Both the position numbers and the translations under genes were made by a program. From IMG/VR virus record IMGVR_UViG_3300018080_006015, positions 55,630-119,629 of that record: a DNA stretch of 64,000 nt; one strand, 5' to 3'. A model generated the notes under the pieces. It saw only the letters and a program-made list of their open reading frames with translations. It was not told where the DNA came from and made no database searches. This document shows, one piece after another, positions 20,363-30,900 of the stretch (the stretch's first letter is position 1; each line of letters begins with the position of its first letter). This stretch comes from a virus.

Positions 20363-23300
20363 ATGGGTTTCACTAAAAATAATACTGATGGTACTATCAT
20401 TCATGAAACTGGTGTAGTTTCTTTTCCAGAAAAAATATCTGTTGGTACGGATGTTATCAGAAGTGACGAAACCGTTCATATTGATGGATATCTTTTTATA
20501 GATAGTGCAGCGAGTGACGCCTGCGTAGAAATGGGCGATGGTTATTTTGCCGATGTTAGTTTGCCTAATGAGGGTCGTATTAGGTATAATATTGTTACGC
20601 AACAGTTTGAGGTGTCTACGGATGGTAACCCCTATGTAGGTATTTCAACTGGTCCTCAGGCTGGTCCTTGGAATGAGGGTGCTGGAGTAGTATACCCAGA
20701 TTATGCTGCATGGGACGTGGCTATCGGTGATTCCATTATGTTTGACACCGAAAAGTTGCGAGTTGTAGGTGATATCGCCATTCAAGGTGGAATAGTTATT
20801 GAGGACTCAGTAGTTGATCCTGCTATTTATCAATATGAGACGGCTGGTGCTGGAAATACTTTATATATAAGCGCTCAAGAAACTACAACAAATAATCAGA
20901 CGGCTGGAGATTTACAGCTATTAGGTGGTGATGCTCCGGTACTTGCTGGTGGATCTACTGGCGGAAATGTAATTTTAATTCCTGGGGTTGGTGATACTCC
21001 TGGTTATACTTCAATCCAAACATCTATTGGTGGCGAGTTGTTTAGGCTGGGATCTGATGGTGTTATTAACTTTTCAACAAGTGCCACAAGTATAACCGCA
21101 TCAGGAAATCCAACATTTAATTTTGGCACAAGCCTATCTACATTCGGAGGAGATGTAGATATATCCGGAAAACTTACGGTGGATGGATATATCGATCCTG
21201 TTGCAATGATTATAGAAAGTGCAGGAAATGATGCGTTCTTAGAGATGGGTGCGGGACAACTTGCTGGAAGAAGTCAATTAGGAGAGGGTCGAATTAGATA
21301 TAATGATCTATCTCATCAGTTTGAACTTTCAACAAATAACGATCCTTATGTTGCTATATCTACCGGGGGTTCTACTAGCCCTTGGACAGAACTGGGTGGC
21401 CAAGTATATACTAATAATTCTTCTTGGAATGTTTCGCTCGGCATATCTACCCAATATGATCAAGAAAAATTGCGAGTCTATGGGGAATCTATTTTTGAAA
21501 CGGCAGATTTTGATGATGTACCAGTTACAATTAAAGCTGGTCCAGTACAAAACGAGGTTTTGCTTGAGCTTGTTACTGATACAGAAAACACAATATTTGA
21601 AATTGATGGATATGGTGGAGTTTTTTGGGGAGAAGATGTTCCGGCGCCAATCTTAACTCAAGAAACAAATGCCGGCCCTGGAAATGCAACGAATCTTACA
21701 ATACAAGCGCAATCTATGGAATCTGGTGGTCTTGGAGATGGCGGATTTCTTATTCTAAAAGGTGGTCTTGGAGATGGTGTTGGTGGAGCCGCGGGGGCTG
21801 TAATTGTAGAGAATGTTGATGCCGGAGCAGTACCGTTTACTATTCAAGGGTCGCCCGGTCAATCAGCTGGCTATTTTGAAATTAGCGATGGTTACAATAT
21901 TATTTTTGATGTTGCTGATGATATTTCTGTAGGGTGTGGTGATATTGTTCCTATAAATGCCCCGGGCACATTAAGCAACTTGGGCATTTCTGGTGGTGGT
22001 GACGAGTGGGGTAGTATATACTTATCGGATGATCAAGAGATAGTATTTGGTACTACACAGGATATCCGGCTTTATCATAATTCGGCAAGCCATCATCTAG
22101 AATTCAATTCTAACGTTGTAAGTGAAACGAATGATGCTTTTCAGTTTTATGCCACAGTAGGTGATGCCAATTTTATATCTATTGCAAGTTTAACAGTTAC
22201 AAGATCTGCCCCGCTAACTGGTGGAAATGTATTTACTGTTTGGGGAGGTGGTGTTGATGGTTATGTGGGCGACTCCTCAGATTCAGCTATTGTAGTTTAT
22301 GGGGCTTTGCCATTAAATACACCATCAGATGCAAATATAATAGGCTTTGCATGTCTTCCATTCGGGATTGATTATGATATTGGCTTGTTACTTCCAGATA
22401 ATGTTCCTATACATTTGGGATCTGATATTTCTTCGGGATCTCAATTATGGCATGATGGGTATGGTGTTGTAACAAATAGTAATACGTGGTCATTTGGTGG
22501 CGATGTAGATATATCTGGGAAACTAACTGTTGATGGTTATTTAGATCCTCCAGCTGTAATTATCGAAGATAAGGTTTTTGGTGATGGGGCGTTTTTCGAG
22601 ATGAAGGATGGTTCAGGTGCTGGTATAAGTTCATCCGATGAGGGTAGAATTCGATATAATCAAGCAGAGCAAAGATGGGAAATGTCAGCCAATGCTAATC
22701 CTTATGAACCAATAGGTGGGGCTAGTACTTCTCCGTGGTCTGAAAATGCTGGCGTTATCTATCCTACGACTCATGCAACTGATGATGTTGTTATTGGTAC
22801 GAATGCCATGGTAGGTACTGAAAGATTCTACGTATATGGTGATTCAGCTTTTGGAGCTAGTGCAACGTTTCCAACTGTAGGATCAATAAGATTGGCGCGA
22901 GGTGGTAATAATGGGCTTTATTCTATTGATTCTGGTTCGGCAAATGTTCAATTATTACAGTTTGATTTATCTGATCAGGTTGTTCTTGGAGGCACAGGGC
23001 CAACAGGACCTGCAGATGTTGTAATTCAAGCTGGTGAAGTTTGGTTGTCTGGTGGAATAAATTATTCTACATCTAAATTTGAGATGCAGGATGATGAGCT
23101 TTATTGGGCAGATAATATTGGTACTCCTCCTGGTGGTCCTTATGTTTATCAAGAGGATAACACAACATCTATTGCTAGAAGAGACTTTACAATAATTGCT
23201 CAGACCGACAGAATTACAGATGGAACTTCTGGGTGGCTTAAATTGGCAGCAGGAGGCGATACTGGTTATGGTGGTGGAATAGGTGGCGATGTAGTTATTT

Positions 23301-25309
23301 ATGGCGGACTATCTGATACTGGTCCAAGTGAGGCTGAAACTGGTGGAGATGTTGTTTTATGTCAAGGAAATGGCTACTATACAGGAAAGATTAGATTTAC
23401 TCAGCCCGCGGCAGCTAGATTGGGGAATCCAGGCGCTGATATTATGGTTATTGATGGTACCACCATTGATATGACTGGTGCAACATCTATTTTAGGTCTT
23501 CCTGCTGGTGCAACGGCTTGGGAAGATGCTGGAAATACTCTTTATCCCGCAAATAATGAGGATGTTGTAATTGGTGGAACAGATGCTGATGGTTACAATT
23601 TAAGGGTTGTTGGAGATGCGAAATTTAATAGCGATGTATATATTGATGGTAAACTTACTGTTGATGGATATATTGATCCTATTGGAATTATCCTAGAAGA
23701 TTATACTGGCGATGGTGCTTTTATACAAATGGCTGACGGTCAAGCTGCAGATGTGAGTTCATCTGATGAGGGCCGGATAGTTTATAATGCTTCCAATAGT
23801 AGATTTGAAATGTCTGTAGATGGAAGTTCTTATCAAGAAATTCCAACAGGCTCTATAGAGTGGACTCGTTCAAGTGATGTTTTAGAACCATCTACATCAT
23901 CGGTAAATACATGGCGCTTTGATGTTAATGCTGGGGATGTTGTAATAACTCAAGAAGAAAATCCCGCATTTAGTTCTTCTGGAGCTATGCTTACAATTAA
24001 AGCTCAAGATGCATCTAGTGGTGGTAGTACCGGAGGAATGTTGGCATTAAAACAGGCTGCAGGATGGAGTGCCGGTGCGGCTGGGCCGATAGAAATACAA
24101 GATAGTTCGGGTGCAGAGTTATACACATTTGAAGCCACCGGTCAACTTACCATGGAAGATGATTATGATTTTGTTCCTGCTACAAGTACTCATGGTCAAA
24201 TAGGAACAGCATCTTCTAAGTTTAATAATGCTAATTTAAGCGCTTATGCCGCAATTGGTGCCTCAAATCTTGCTGATGCTGGCGCAGTTAGACTTTCTAA
24301 TAATACCGGCATATATGGTAGAAATTCTGGAAATTCCGCAAATATACTACTTGTTTCTACTAATGCTACTGATGATGTTGTTATCGGTGATTCTTCTACA
24401 TCTGTTGAGTTAGGTGCGGATTTACATTTCGATGATGATTTTGGACCAAATATTACTCAAAATGATAGAACAGGTAATGCTGCTTGGTCTATGGGCATTA
24501 AGGCTCAAAGCGTTACTGGTGGTGGAGATTACGCTGGTGGAAGTATTACAATTGAAGGTGGTAATGGTCAAGGGACTGGATCTGGCGGTGATGTTAATAT
24601 AACAACAGGAACACCCGGGGCAAGTGGAGCTGCTGGGACAATAGATTTTAGTATAGATTCTACAAAGGTGGCGTCATTCACTGAGGACGGGACTGGTGAA
24701 TATGTATTAGAGTTTAATAGATCTAACGATTCTATTATTAGACCTGCAGGAACTTCATCCGCTAATGGTGATGATATATACCTACAAGGAGGTACAACTA
24801 CATTTACAAATGCCGATGGCGGAAATGCTATTATTGATGGTGGTCGCGGAGATGGAACCGGAGATAATGGTTATGTTGAGTGTCAATCTGGTGGAACGCG
24901 CACTCTTCCAATTGGATCGCATACTAGACAAACATTAATTGCTAAACTTGTAAGTATTTCAGGTTCTAGTTGGGCAAATTTGGGAGACGAGGCTGGTGTC
25001 ATTGAGTTCGATCCTACCGACTTCCCATCAGCTAAACGAGTTGTTAAATTTGGAGCTGTGTTTAAGAGAGTAGGTGGTTCTGCTAGCGATATTGTTCACT
25101 TACGCTTACGAGAAGTTGGTGGAGCTACATTATCTGGTACGGAAATAACAACAACATCAGATTCTTTAACATATGTTGAGGTAACATTAGATGTTGGAAC
25201 AGATATCCAGAATAGTTCTCAAATATATCGTGTACAAGCTAAGGTAACTGGCGATATTACTGGAGAGGTAGAAAACGCAGAAATGCGTGTATCTTATGAA
25301 ACAAGTTAG
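20363..25309 (+). CDS. Large modular fibre-like protein (1648 aa)
   Basis: Three GKLTVDGY(I/L)DP modules and about 10 DGY; C-terminal domain IEFDP...AEMRVSYETS paralogous to 45871. Confidence 0.78.
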   Translation: MGFTKNNTDGTIIHETGVVSFPEKISVGTDVIRSDETVHIDGYLFIDSAASDACVEMGDGYFADVSLPNEGRIRYNIVTQQFEVSTDGNPYVGISTGPQAGPWNEGAGVVYPDYAAWDVAIGDSIMFDTEKLRVVGDIAIQGGIVIEDSVVDPAIYQYETAGAGNTLYISAQETTTNNQTAGDLQLLGGDAPVLAGGSTGGNVILIPGVGDTPGYTSIQTSIGGELFRLGSDGVINFSTSATSITASGNPTFNFGTSLSTFGGDVDISGKLTVDGYIDPVAMIIESAGNDAFLEMGAGQLAGRSQLGEGRIRYNDLSHQFELSTNNDPYVAISTGGSTSPWTELGGQVYTNNSSWNVSLGISTQYDQEKLRVYGESIFETADFDDVPVTIKAGPVQNEVLLELVTDTENTIFEIDGYGGVFWGEDVPAPILTQETNAGPGNATNLTIQAQSMESGGLGDGGFLILKGGLGDGVGGAAGAVIVENVDAGAVPFTIQGSPGQSAGYFEISDGYNIIFDVADDISVGCGDIVPINAPGTLSNLGISGGGDEWGSIYLSDDQEIVFGTTQDIRLYHNSASHHLEFNSNVVSETNDAFQFYATVGDANFISIASLTVTRSAPLTGGNVFTVWGGGVDGYVGDSSDSAIVVYGALPLNTPSDANIIGFACLPFGIDYDIGLLLPDNVPIHLGSDISSGSQLWHDGYGVVTNSNTWSFGGDVDISGKLTVDGYLDPPAVIIEDKVFGDGAFFEMKDGSGAGISSSDEGRIRYNQAEQRWEMSANANPYEPIGGASTSPWSENAGVIYPTTHATDDVVIGTNAMVGTERFYVYGDSAFGASATFPTVGSIRLARGGNNGLYSIDSGSANVQLLQFDLSDQVVLGGTGPTGPADVVIQAGEVWLSGGINYSTSKFEMQDDELYWADNIGTPPGGPYVYQEDNTTSIARRDFTIIAQTDRITDGTSGWLKLAAGGDTGYGGGIGGDVVIYGGLSDTGPSEAETGGDVVLCQGNGYYTGKIRFTQPAAARLGNPGADIMVIDGTTIDMTGATSILGLPAGATAWEDAGNTLYPANNEDVVIGGTDADGYNLRVVGDAKFNSDVYIDGKLTVDGYIDPIGIILEDYTGDGAFIQMADGQAADVSSSDEGRIVYNASNSRFEMSVDGSSYQEIPTGSIEWTRSSDVLEPSTSSVNTWRFDVNAGDVVITQEENPAFSSSGAMLTIKAQDASSGGSTGGMLALKQAAGWSAGAAGPIEIQDSSGAELYTFEATGQLTMEDDYDFVPATSTHGQIGTASSKFNNANLSAYAAIGASNLADAGAVRLSNNTGIYGRNSGNSANILLVSTNATDDVVIGDSSTSVELGADLHFDDDFGPNITQNDRTGNAAWSMGIKAQSVTGGGDYAGGSITIEGGNGQGTGSGGDVNITTGTPGASGAAGTIDFSIDSTKVASFTEDGTGEYVLEFNRSNDSIIRPAGTSSANGDDIYLQGGTTTFTNADGGNAIIDGGRGDGTGDNGYVECQSGGTRTLPIGSHTRQTLIAKLVSISGSSWANLGDEAGVIEFDPTDFPSAKRVVKFGAVFKRVGGSASDIVHLRLREVGGATLSGTEITTTSDSLTYVEVTLDVGTDIQNSSQIYRVQAKVTGDITGEVENAEMRVSYETS

Positions 25310-25327
25310 TAAAGTTGTGATAAAACT

Positions 25328-26137
25328 ATGGACAATACCGTTTGTAAAAAAATAGGAAGACATTTTTGGCTATGGCCTTGGCAACACACAAAAAGGTGTG
25401 CTGTTTGTGGTGCCGTAAAAAATCTTAAAGTAGGTGAAAATACCATTACAGCCAGTCCTGACATTCCTCCAGTTACTGATGTTTTACGCTGGTCAATATC
25501 ACAGTCATCTTTAAACGAGGGTGATATTGGTATGGACACTAATTTAGGCCGACCTCAAGCATATATGCATTCGGATAATCGCGATCTCATACACGCTGAT
25601 GAGTCTATGGCCCAATATGAAACACAAAGATTATCCGCCCCACAACATAGCGTATATTTGGCAGTAGATAGTTCTAAAGATGTTGCGGTTTCTATTAGTG
25701 GGGCTTTTATTGGTGTAAATAGTGGGTTTCCGGTTTATATAGAAATGCGCCCATCTACATATGTCGTTGGAGCTAATGATTTTGCAGTTATAGAGCGTAC
25801 AAGATATCGAATAGGCGTAGGAACTGGAGAAGATCATGTAGGTCATAATGGTCATGGTATTATGTATATGAATTCAATAGATTCTGGTGAGCGACATGAA
25901 GGATGGTTTCAGTCTTTTTTTTGGGTTGATGATCAAAGAGATTGGCTGACAATTACAACACAATCTGGTCATACAGAAATATATGAAGCGGCAGAATATA
26001 TAGTAACATCGCATGCTTATACTAGAATACAAGTTATAGAAGACTTTAATTTAATAGAAATAGCCGGAAATGCCAATGATTTTTTTCAAATAGGATCAAG
26101 ATTTACTGCAGCTTGGTGGCCTATGAAGGCACTCTAG
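25328..26137 (+). CDS. Tandem paralogue 1 with N-terminal C-H-C-C putative zinc finger
   Basis: CKKIGRHFWLWPWQHTKRCAVCG; shared motifs DVLRWS, GRP, HEGWFQ, GSRFT..WWPM. Confidence 0.75.
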   Translation: MDNTVCKKIGRHFWLWPWQHTKRCAVCGAVKNLKVGENTITASPDIPPVTDVLRWSISQSSLNEGDIGMDTNLGRPQAYMHSDNRDLIHADESMAQYETQRLSAPQHSVYLAVDSSKDVAVSISGAFIGVNSGFPVYIEMRPSTYVVGANDFAVIERTRYRIGVGTGEDHVGHNGHGIMYMNSIDSGERHEGWFQSFFWVDDQRDWLTITTQSGHTEIYEAAEYIVTSHAYTRIQVIEDFNLIEIAGNANDFFQIGSRFTAAWWPMKAL

Positions 26138-26144
26138 GAAATAT

Positions 26145-26960
26145 ATGAGTACGGGAATTTGTAAAAAAAGAGGGAAACATTTGTGGATGTGGCCATGGCA
26201 ACAGACAAAACGATGTTTATTATGTGGCGCTTTTAAAAATTTACATGTTGGGGAAAGTTCATTAACGTGGAGTCCAGATATTCCACCGGTAACTGATGTT
26301 TTGCGGTGGTCCAGCTCAGAATCTCCAACTCAAGCTGGTGATATTGGAATGAGCACAGTTACCGGAAGGCCAAGATCTTATATTAGTTCTGCAAGTAGGG
26401 ATTTAGTGCATTATGATGAGGCTATGGTTCAAATAGAAACTATTAACGTGGCTGTTCCGTCCCAAGTTATTAATTTTACAGGGCTTGATGGCGATATCGA
26501 TATTGCGTATTGTCTTTCTGGCAATTTTGATGGCGATAATGCTGGTATTCAACATTGGATTGAAATAGATATTAATGGAAATGCTCCAACTGTTAATGAG
26601 CAATATAGAATAGAGAGGACGCTTTATAATACTAATGTTGGTGGCGTTGTTGAAGATCATACATCTGGCACTACAGCTCATCCCATTATGTGGGTAAGAA
26701 ATTTTGACAGTTCAATTAGGGAGGGATGGTTTCAGTCTTGGATTTGGGCATTAAAGTCATATGATTGGATTTTTATAAATACTTTGTCTGGTCATAGTGA
26801 GTGGGTGGATGGTCAAATTTATATCGTTACATCGCATTCATTTTTGCGCATAGAAGCAGATCAAATCAACACAATATCGGTGGATGGTAATATTGGAGCG
26901 TATTTTGAGCCTGGTTCAAGGTTTACTCTTGCATATTGGCCGATGAAAGATTTGCCGTAA
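26145..26960 (+). CDS. Tandem paralogue 2 with N-terminal putative zinc finger
   Basis: CKKRGKHLWMWPWQQTKRCLLCG and the same shared motifs. Confidence 0.75.
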   Translation: MSTGICKKRGKHLWMWPWQQTKRCLLCGAFKNLHVGESSLTWSPDIPPVTDVLRWSSSESPTQAGDIGMSTVTGRPRSYISSASRDLVHYDEAMVQIETINVAVPSQVINFTGLDGDIDIAYCLSGNFDGDNAGIQHWIEIDINGNAPTVNEQYRIERTLYNTNVGGVVEDHTSGTTAHPIMWVRNFDSSIREGWFQSWIWALKSYDWIFINTLSGHSEWVDGQIYIVTSHSFLRIEADQINTISVDGNIGAYFEPGSRFTLAYWPMKDLP

Positions 26961-26973
26961 TTTTGAGGAAATA

Positions 26974-27786
26974 ATGAAAAAATCATTGTGTAAAAAAATT
27001 GGAAGACATTTTTGGTTATGGCCTTGGCAAAGATGTAAGCGATGTATTGTTTGCGGCGCATTTCAAACCTTGCAAGCTGGCGAAAATACTATTACTTCCT
27101 CCCCTAGTGCGGGATTTGATGTTTTAAGATGGTCTGGCAGTCAAAATGCCTTACAAGCTGGTGATTTGGGTATGGATACTGCAACTGGGCGCCCACAAGC
27201 ATACATTCATTCAGCAAATCGCGATCTTATACATATTGATGAGTCTATGGCTCAAATAGAAACAATACGTGTATCTGCCCCTACGAATTCTGTGGGTTAT
27301 GGTCCTGTTGTTGGAGATCGTGCTGGTGCTTTTTGCATAACAGGGATGTATCTGGGATTACAACAGGCTCCTTCATTGGATTATTTGATTTATTTGGGAG
27401 TAAATGGTACAGGACCAGCATTAGGTAATAGTCATTATATTATTGAAGACACATATGGTACTCCGGGTGATACTCAATATTCAGGAAATAGAAATGCTAT
27501 TGTTCATGGTTGGGATGGAGATTTTGGAGATGTACACGAAGGATGGTTCCAAACTTGGGTGTGGGTAGGTAGAGATATTGAATATATTGTGGCCAACACT
27601 AGGGCGGGAGTTATGCAGTGGGATGATGGGGTGTTGTTTTCTACTACACAACATTCATATTTACGAATGCTGCAATCAGATGTTGGGTCTGAAATAACCT
27701 CATTGGAAATTATTACGGATCCTGTTGGTTTTTTCCAAGCTGGCTCTAGATTTACATTTTCTTGGTGGCCTATGCAAACATTATAA
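26974..27786 (+). CDS. Tandem paralogue 3 with N-terminal putative zinc finger
   Basis: CKKIGRHFWLWPWQRCKRCIVCG and the same shared motifs; GAGGA RBS. Confidence 0.75.
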   Translation: MKKSLCKKIGRHFWLWPWQRCKRCIVCGAFQTLQAGENTITSSPSAGFDVLRWSGSQNALQAGDLGMDTATGRPQAYIHSANRDLIHIDESMAQIETIRVSAPTNSVGYGPVVGDRAGAFCITGMYLGLQQAPSLDYLIYLGVNGTGPALGNSHYIIEDTYGTPGDTQYSGNRNAIVHGWDGDFGDVHEGWFQTWVWVGRDIEYIVANTRAGVMQWDDGVLFSTTQHSYLRMLQSDVGSEITSLEIITDPVGFFQAGSRFTFSWWPMQTL

Positions 27787-27823
27787 AATTTGCACATTAA
27801 AATTAAGTAATAATAACAAAAAT

Positions 27824-27900
27824 TTGAGCTATCCAACGCCTAATTTTGCATTGCTGTAGGTATTGAACTATCCAATTTTACCTAATAAATTGCTTTTTAG
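27824..27900. repeat. Degenerate ~40-bp tandem duplication with a 13-bp core TTGA(G/A)CTATCCAA
   Basis: Cores at 27824-27836 and 27863-27875, each followed by CCTAAT...TTGC. Confidence 0.6.
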
Positions 27901-27928
27901 TAATAATACACATATAGCGAGATGAATA

Positions 27929-30900
27929 ATGGCGAATGGTTTCATATATAATAGAAGCATCCCAGAAATTAGACTAATAGACGGTTATGATCAAAACGAT
28001 GTGGTTATAATTAGTGGAGATCGTGATTCTGGTCTAAATTTGGGTGTTACGGCGGATCTAGATGTTCCCGGTCCACCACCAATATCTTTTATAACAAGTT
28101 TTGGCCCTGGAGTTGTAAATACTGGTGTGGTTTCCGCCACAATGGACCGTCCCGCTCCGATGGTAGATTCAAGCAGCGGATTGGTATGTTATTTTGCTCA
28201 GGCTGAAGAACATGCTGGCGATATAGATACAACGCTTATTGGTGGTTTTGCTGCGATAGAGCCTGTTAGAAGCCCATTTGGACATGCACACGCAGCAGCT
28301 TTTGTTGCTTCAGGAAATCCTGTTACTGGTGATGATTGGGATTCTACCTTATTTTGTCTAGATACCAACTGTGTTATTACTACTATTACTGGTTTTGATG
28401 GTTATGGTCGTTATTTTTTGGTTCAAACTGGTGATGGTTATGAACAGTCTGGTGGAGATGCCATTTTTGCGCTTGGAGATTCTTATGGTTCTACACCGGA
28501 TACATATGGTGGTAATTTGCTTGTTCGACCTGGTCTTTCTGAAGTTGGATTTCCTGCAGGAGACCATGGAAAAGTTGTTTTAGAGGCTAGAGCATCTGAT
28601 CAGCAGCTTCTTGCAGTGAGGGGGTTTGCAGGACAGACAAGAGACCTTGTAACCTTTACGGATGAAACGGCCACAACCTATTCTGGAATAACAGCTGATG
28701 GAAGATATTTTTTAATTGACGGGGCGATGCCGGGTTATGTGTTAACCTCGGATGCATTTGGGATTGTACGTTGGGCACCTCCAACTGGCGACGGTTATGA
28801 TGGTTATAGTTATTGGTCGTTGAATGGTACCGATATTCATCCAATAGACGTGGCGTATAATGTGGCTATCGGAGATATCGCAACGTCAGGTGGTGGTGAA
28901 GTATTCTACGTTAGTGGAAGATCATTTATGGATGGTGGTTCATTGCCGCCTTTTTCTGATGCGTTATTGGTTGAGGCTAATTGCGATAATGGAAATGTTT
29001 CTGTTATTGAGGCTTCGATACAAAGGATCAATCCATTAGGTCCCGGAGAAATTGTTTCCGCTATTAAAGTTGGCGCAGAAAATGTCTTGGGAGATCATCC
29101 ATCTTCAGCTATGGCTGGAATTTTGTTTGATGCTCCAACTATAAATGATTCAAATCCACCATCAGGTGCCATAGTTGTATTTGGAGATAGTGCTTCTGGT
29201 AATTATTATCAGGGAACTGTTGTGGCTCTTGATCATGATTTAAATTTGTCATGTGATAGAATATTTTCTGGACCTGGTGATGGTCCTAATGTGGCAGTAT
29301 TTGCCGCCAGTGGTGTTTCGAATGGTGTTGGTGGTGTCATTTCTATGCAAACAGGTAGTGCCGATGCAGCTGGTGCTCCTCCTGGTACTGCACTTGCTGG
29401 TGGAGCATTATTATTTCAAACCGGAGATTCATCATCAAGTGCAGCGGCTATAGATGGCCCGCTTATGTATTTTTTGTGCGGCAATGCGAGTAGCACTAAT
29501 GGCGATCCAGCTACTGGTGGTGGTGTACAGTTTAATATGGGCTATGGTGACGGCATTGGCGGTCGAACTGGAGAATTTATCATAAATGATCCAGTTATGA
29601 ACAAATATGTTAGAGTAGATTTTGATGGTTATTCTACCAGACTAAATGGCGGATTAGATCCTAATTTATCTAATGCTCAATTTGAAATTCATGCCGATAC
29701 AAACACAACAAACGGGCCAGGAGCTAGCTTGGCATTATTTGCCAGTAATGCAACTTATGATTTTGGCCCTAGTGGTTTCGATGGTGGAAATATTTGGCTT
29801 CATACTGGTGATGGGTATCAGATTGGTGGCTCTGGCGGATCTGGTGGTAATGTTAATATATTGTGTGGAAGTGCTGCTGCTGGTGGCTCCGGTTTTGGTG
29901 GTGGTGTTATTGTTTCTTTGGGAGAGTCGGATGATTATGATCGACACGGCCGATTTACTGTAGAATCTACTGTTGGAGGTCCGTATTGTAGTACTTATTC
30001 ATCATCTCCGGACACAATAGATATTGTTGGTTTTGCACAGAGCACGTTTAGATTAAGTTCGGAGACAATTGGTGATGGTGTTCCTGGCACATCTTTTTTC
30101 ATTACTGCATCTAACGGTAATGCATCATTGCCTGGTGGGTATGTTGGTGGTGATTTGTCATTGGTGGCTGGACATGGGGCTGTTAATGGCTTATTTGATG
30201 CTGATGGTGGTGGGTTATATCTCTTTGGCGGAGATGCTACAAGTGGTAATATAGGCGCTGATGGTGGGTCTATATACTTCCATCCCGGTGAAGGTGCTGG
30301 TGCTGGTTTTGGTGGCGCGGTTGTAATGCAAGCTGCTGAGGGTCATATTGGTGAGTTTGTTAGAATGCAAACTACTGATGGCTATCCTGTATTTTCTGCG
30401 GGTGTAGAAGGTTGGGTAGAAATAGGGTCGGCAACAGATCCAACAGATTTGGGTGATTTTTCTTCTGGTATAGATGGTTATGCTAGGTTATTTTACGATC
30501 AATCCGAAGGTGCTATAAATCTATTTAGTGGTAATGGAGTGGCCACAGCGGTTTTGTCCGCAAATGTAAATGGTGGATTTTTGGGGTTGGGAACAGTCGG
30601 GCCGTTTGGATCTGAACAATTAAGTGTTGTTGGAGATGCGTATATAGGTGGAAAACTAACTGTGGTTGGCGCTCTAGATCCAATTTCCGTATCTATATTA
30701 GATACTATTGGTGCTGGTGATGGTGCATATTATGAGGCTTATGATGGTAGTGGTGTTGCTCCCGTAGGTCCTGGTGATAGTTTTGGGAGAATTCGTTATA
30801 ATAATCTGTCTCAATCTTGGGAAGCTTCTACTCCAATTACTGGCGGTTGGTTGCCAATTGGTGGGGGAGGACCATCTGGTGATGGTTATTGGAGCTTAAG

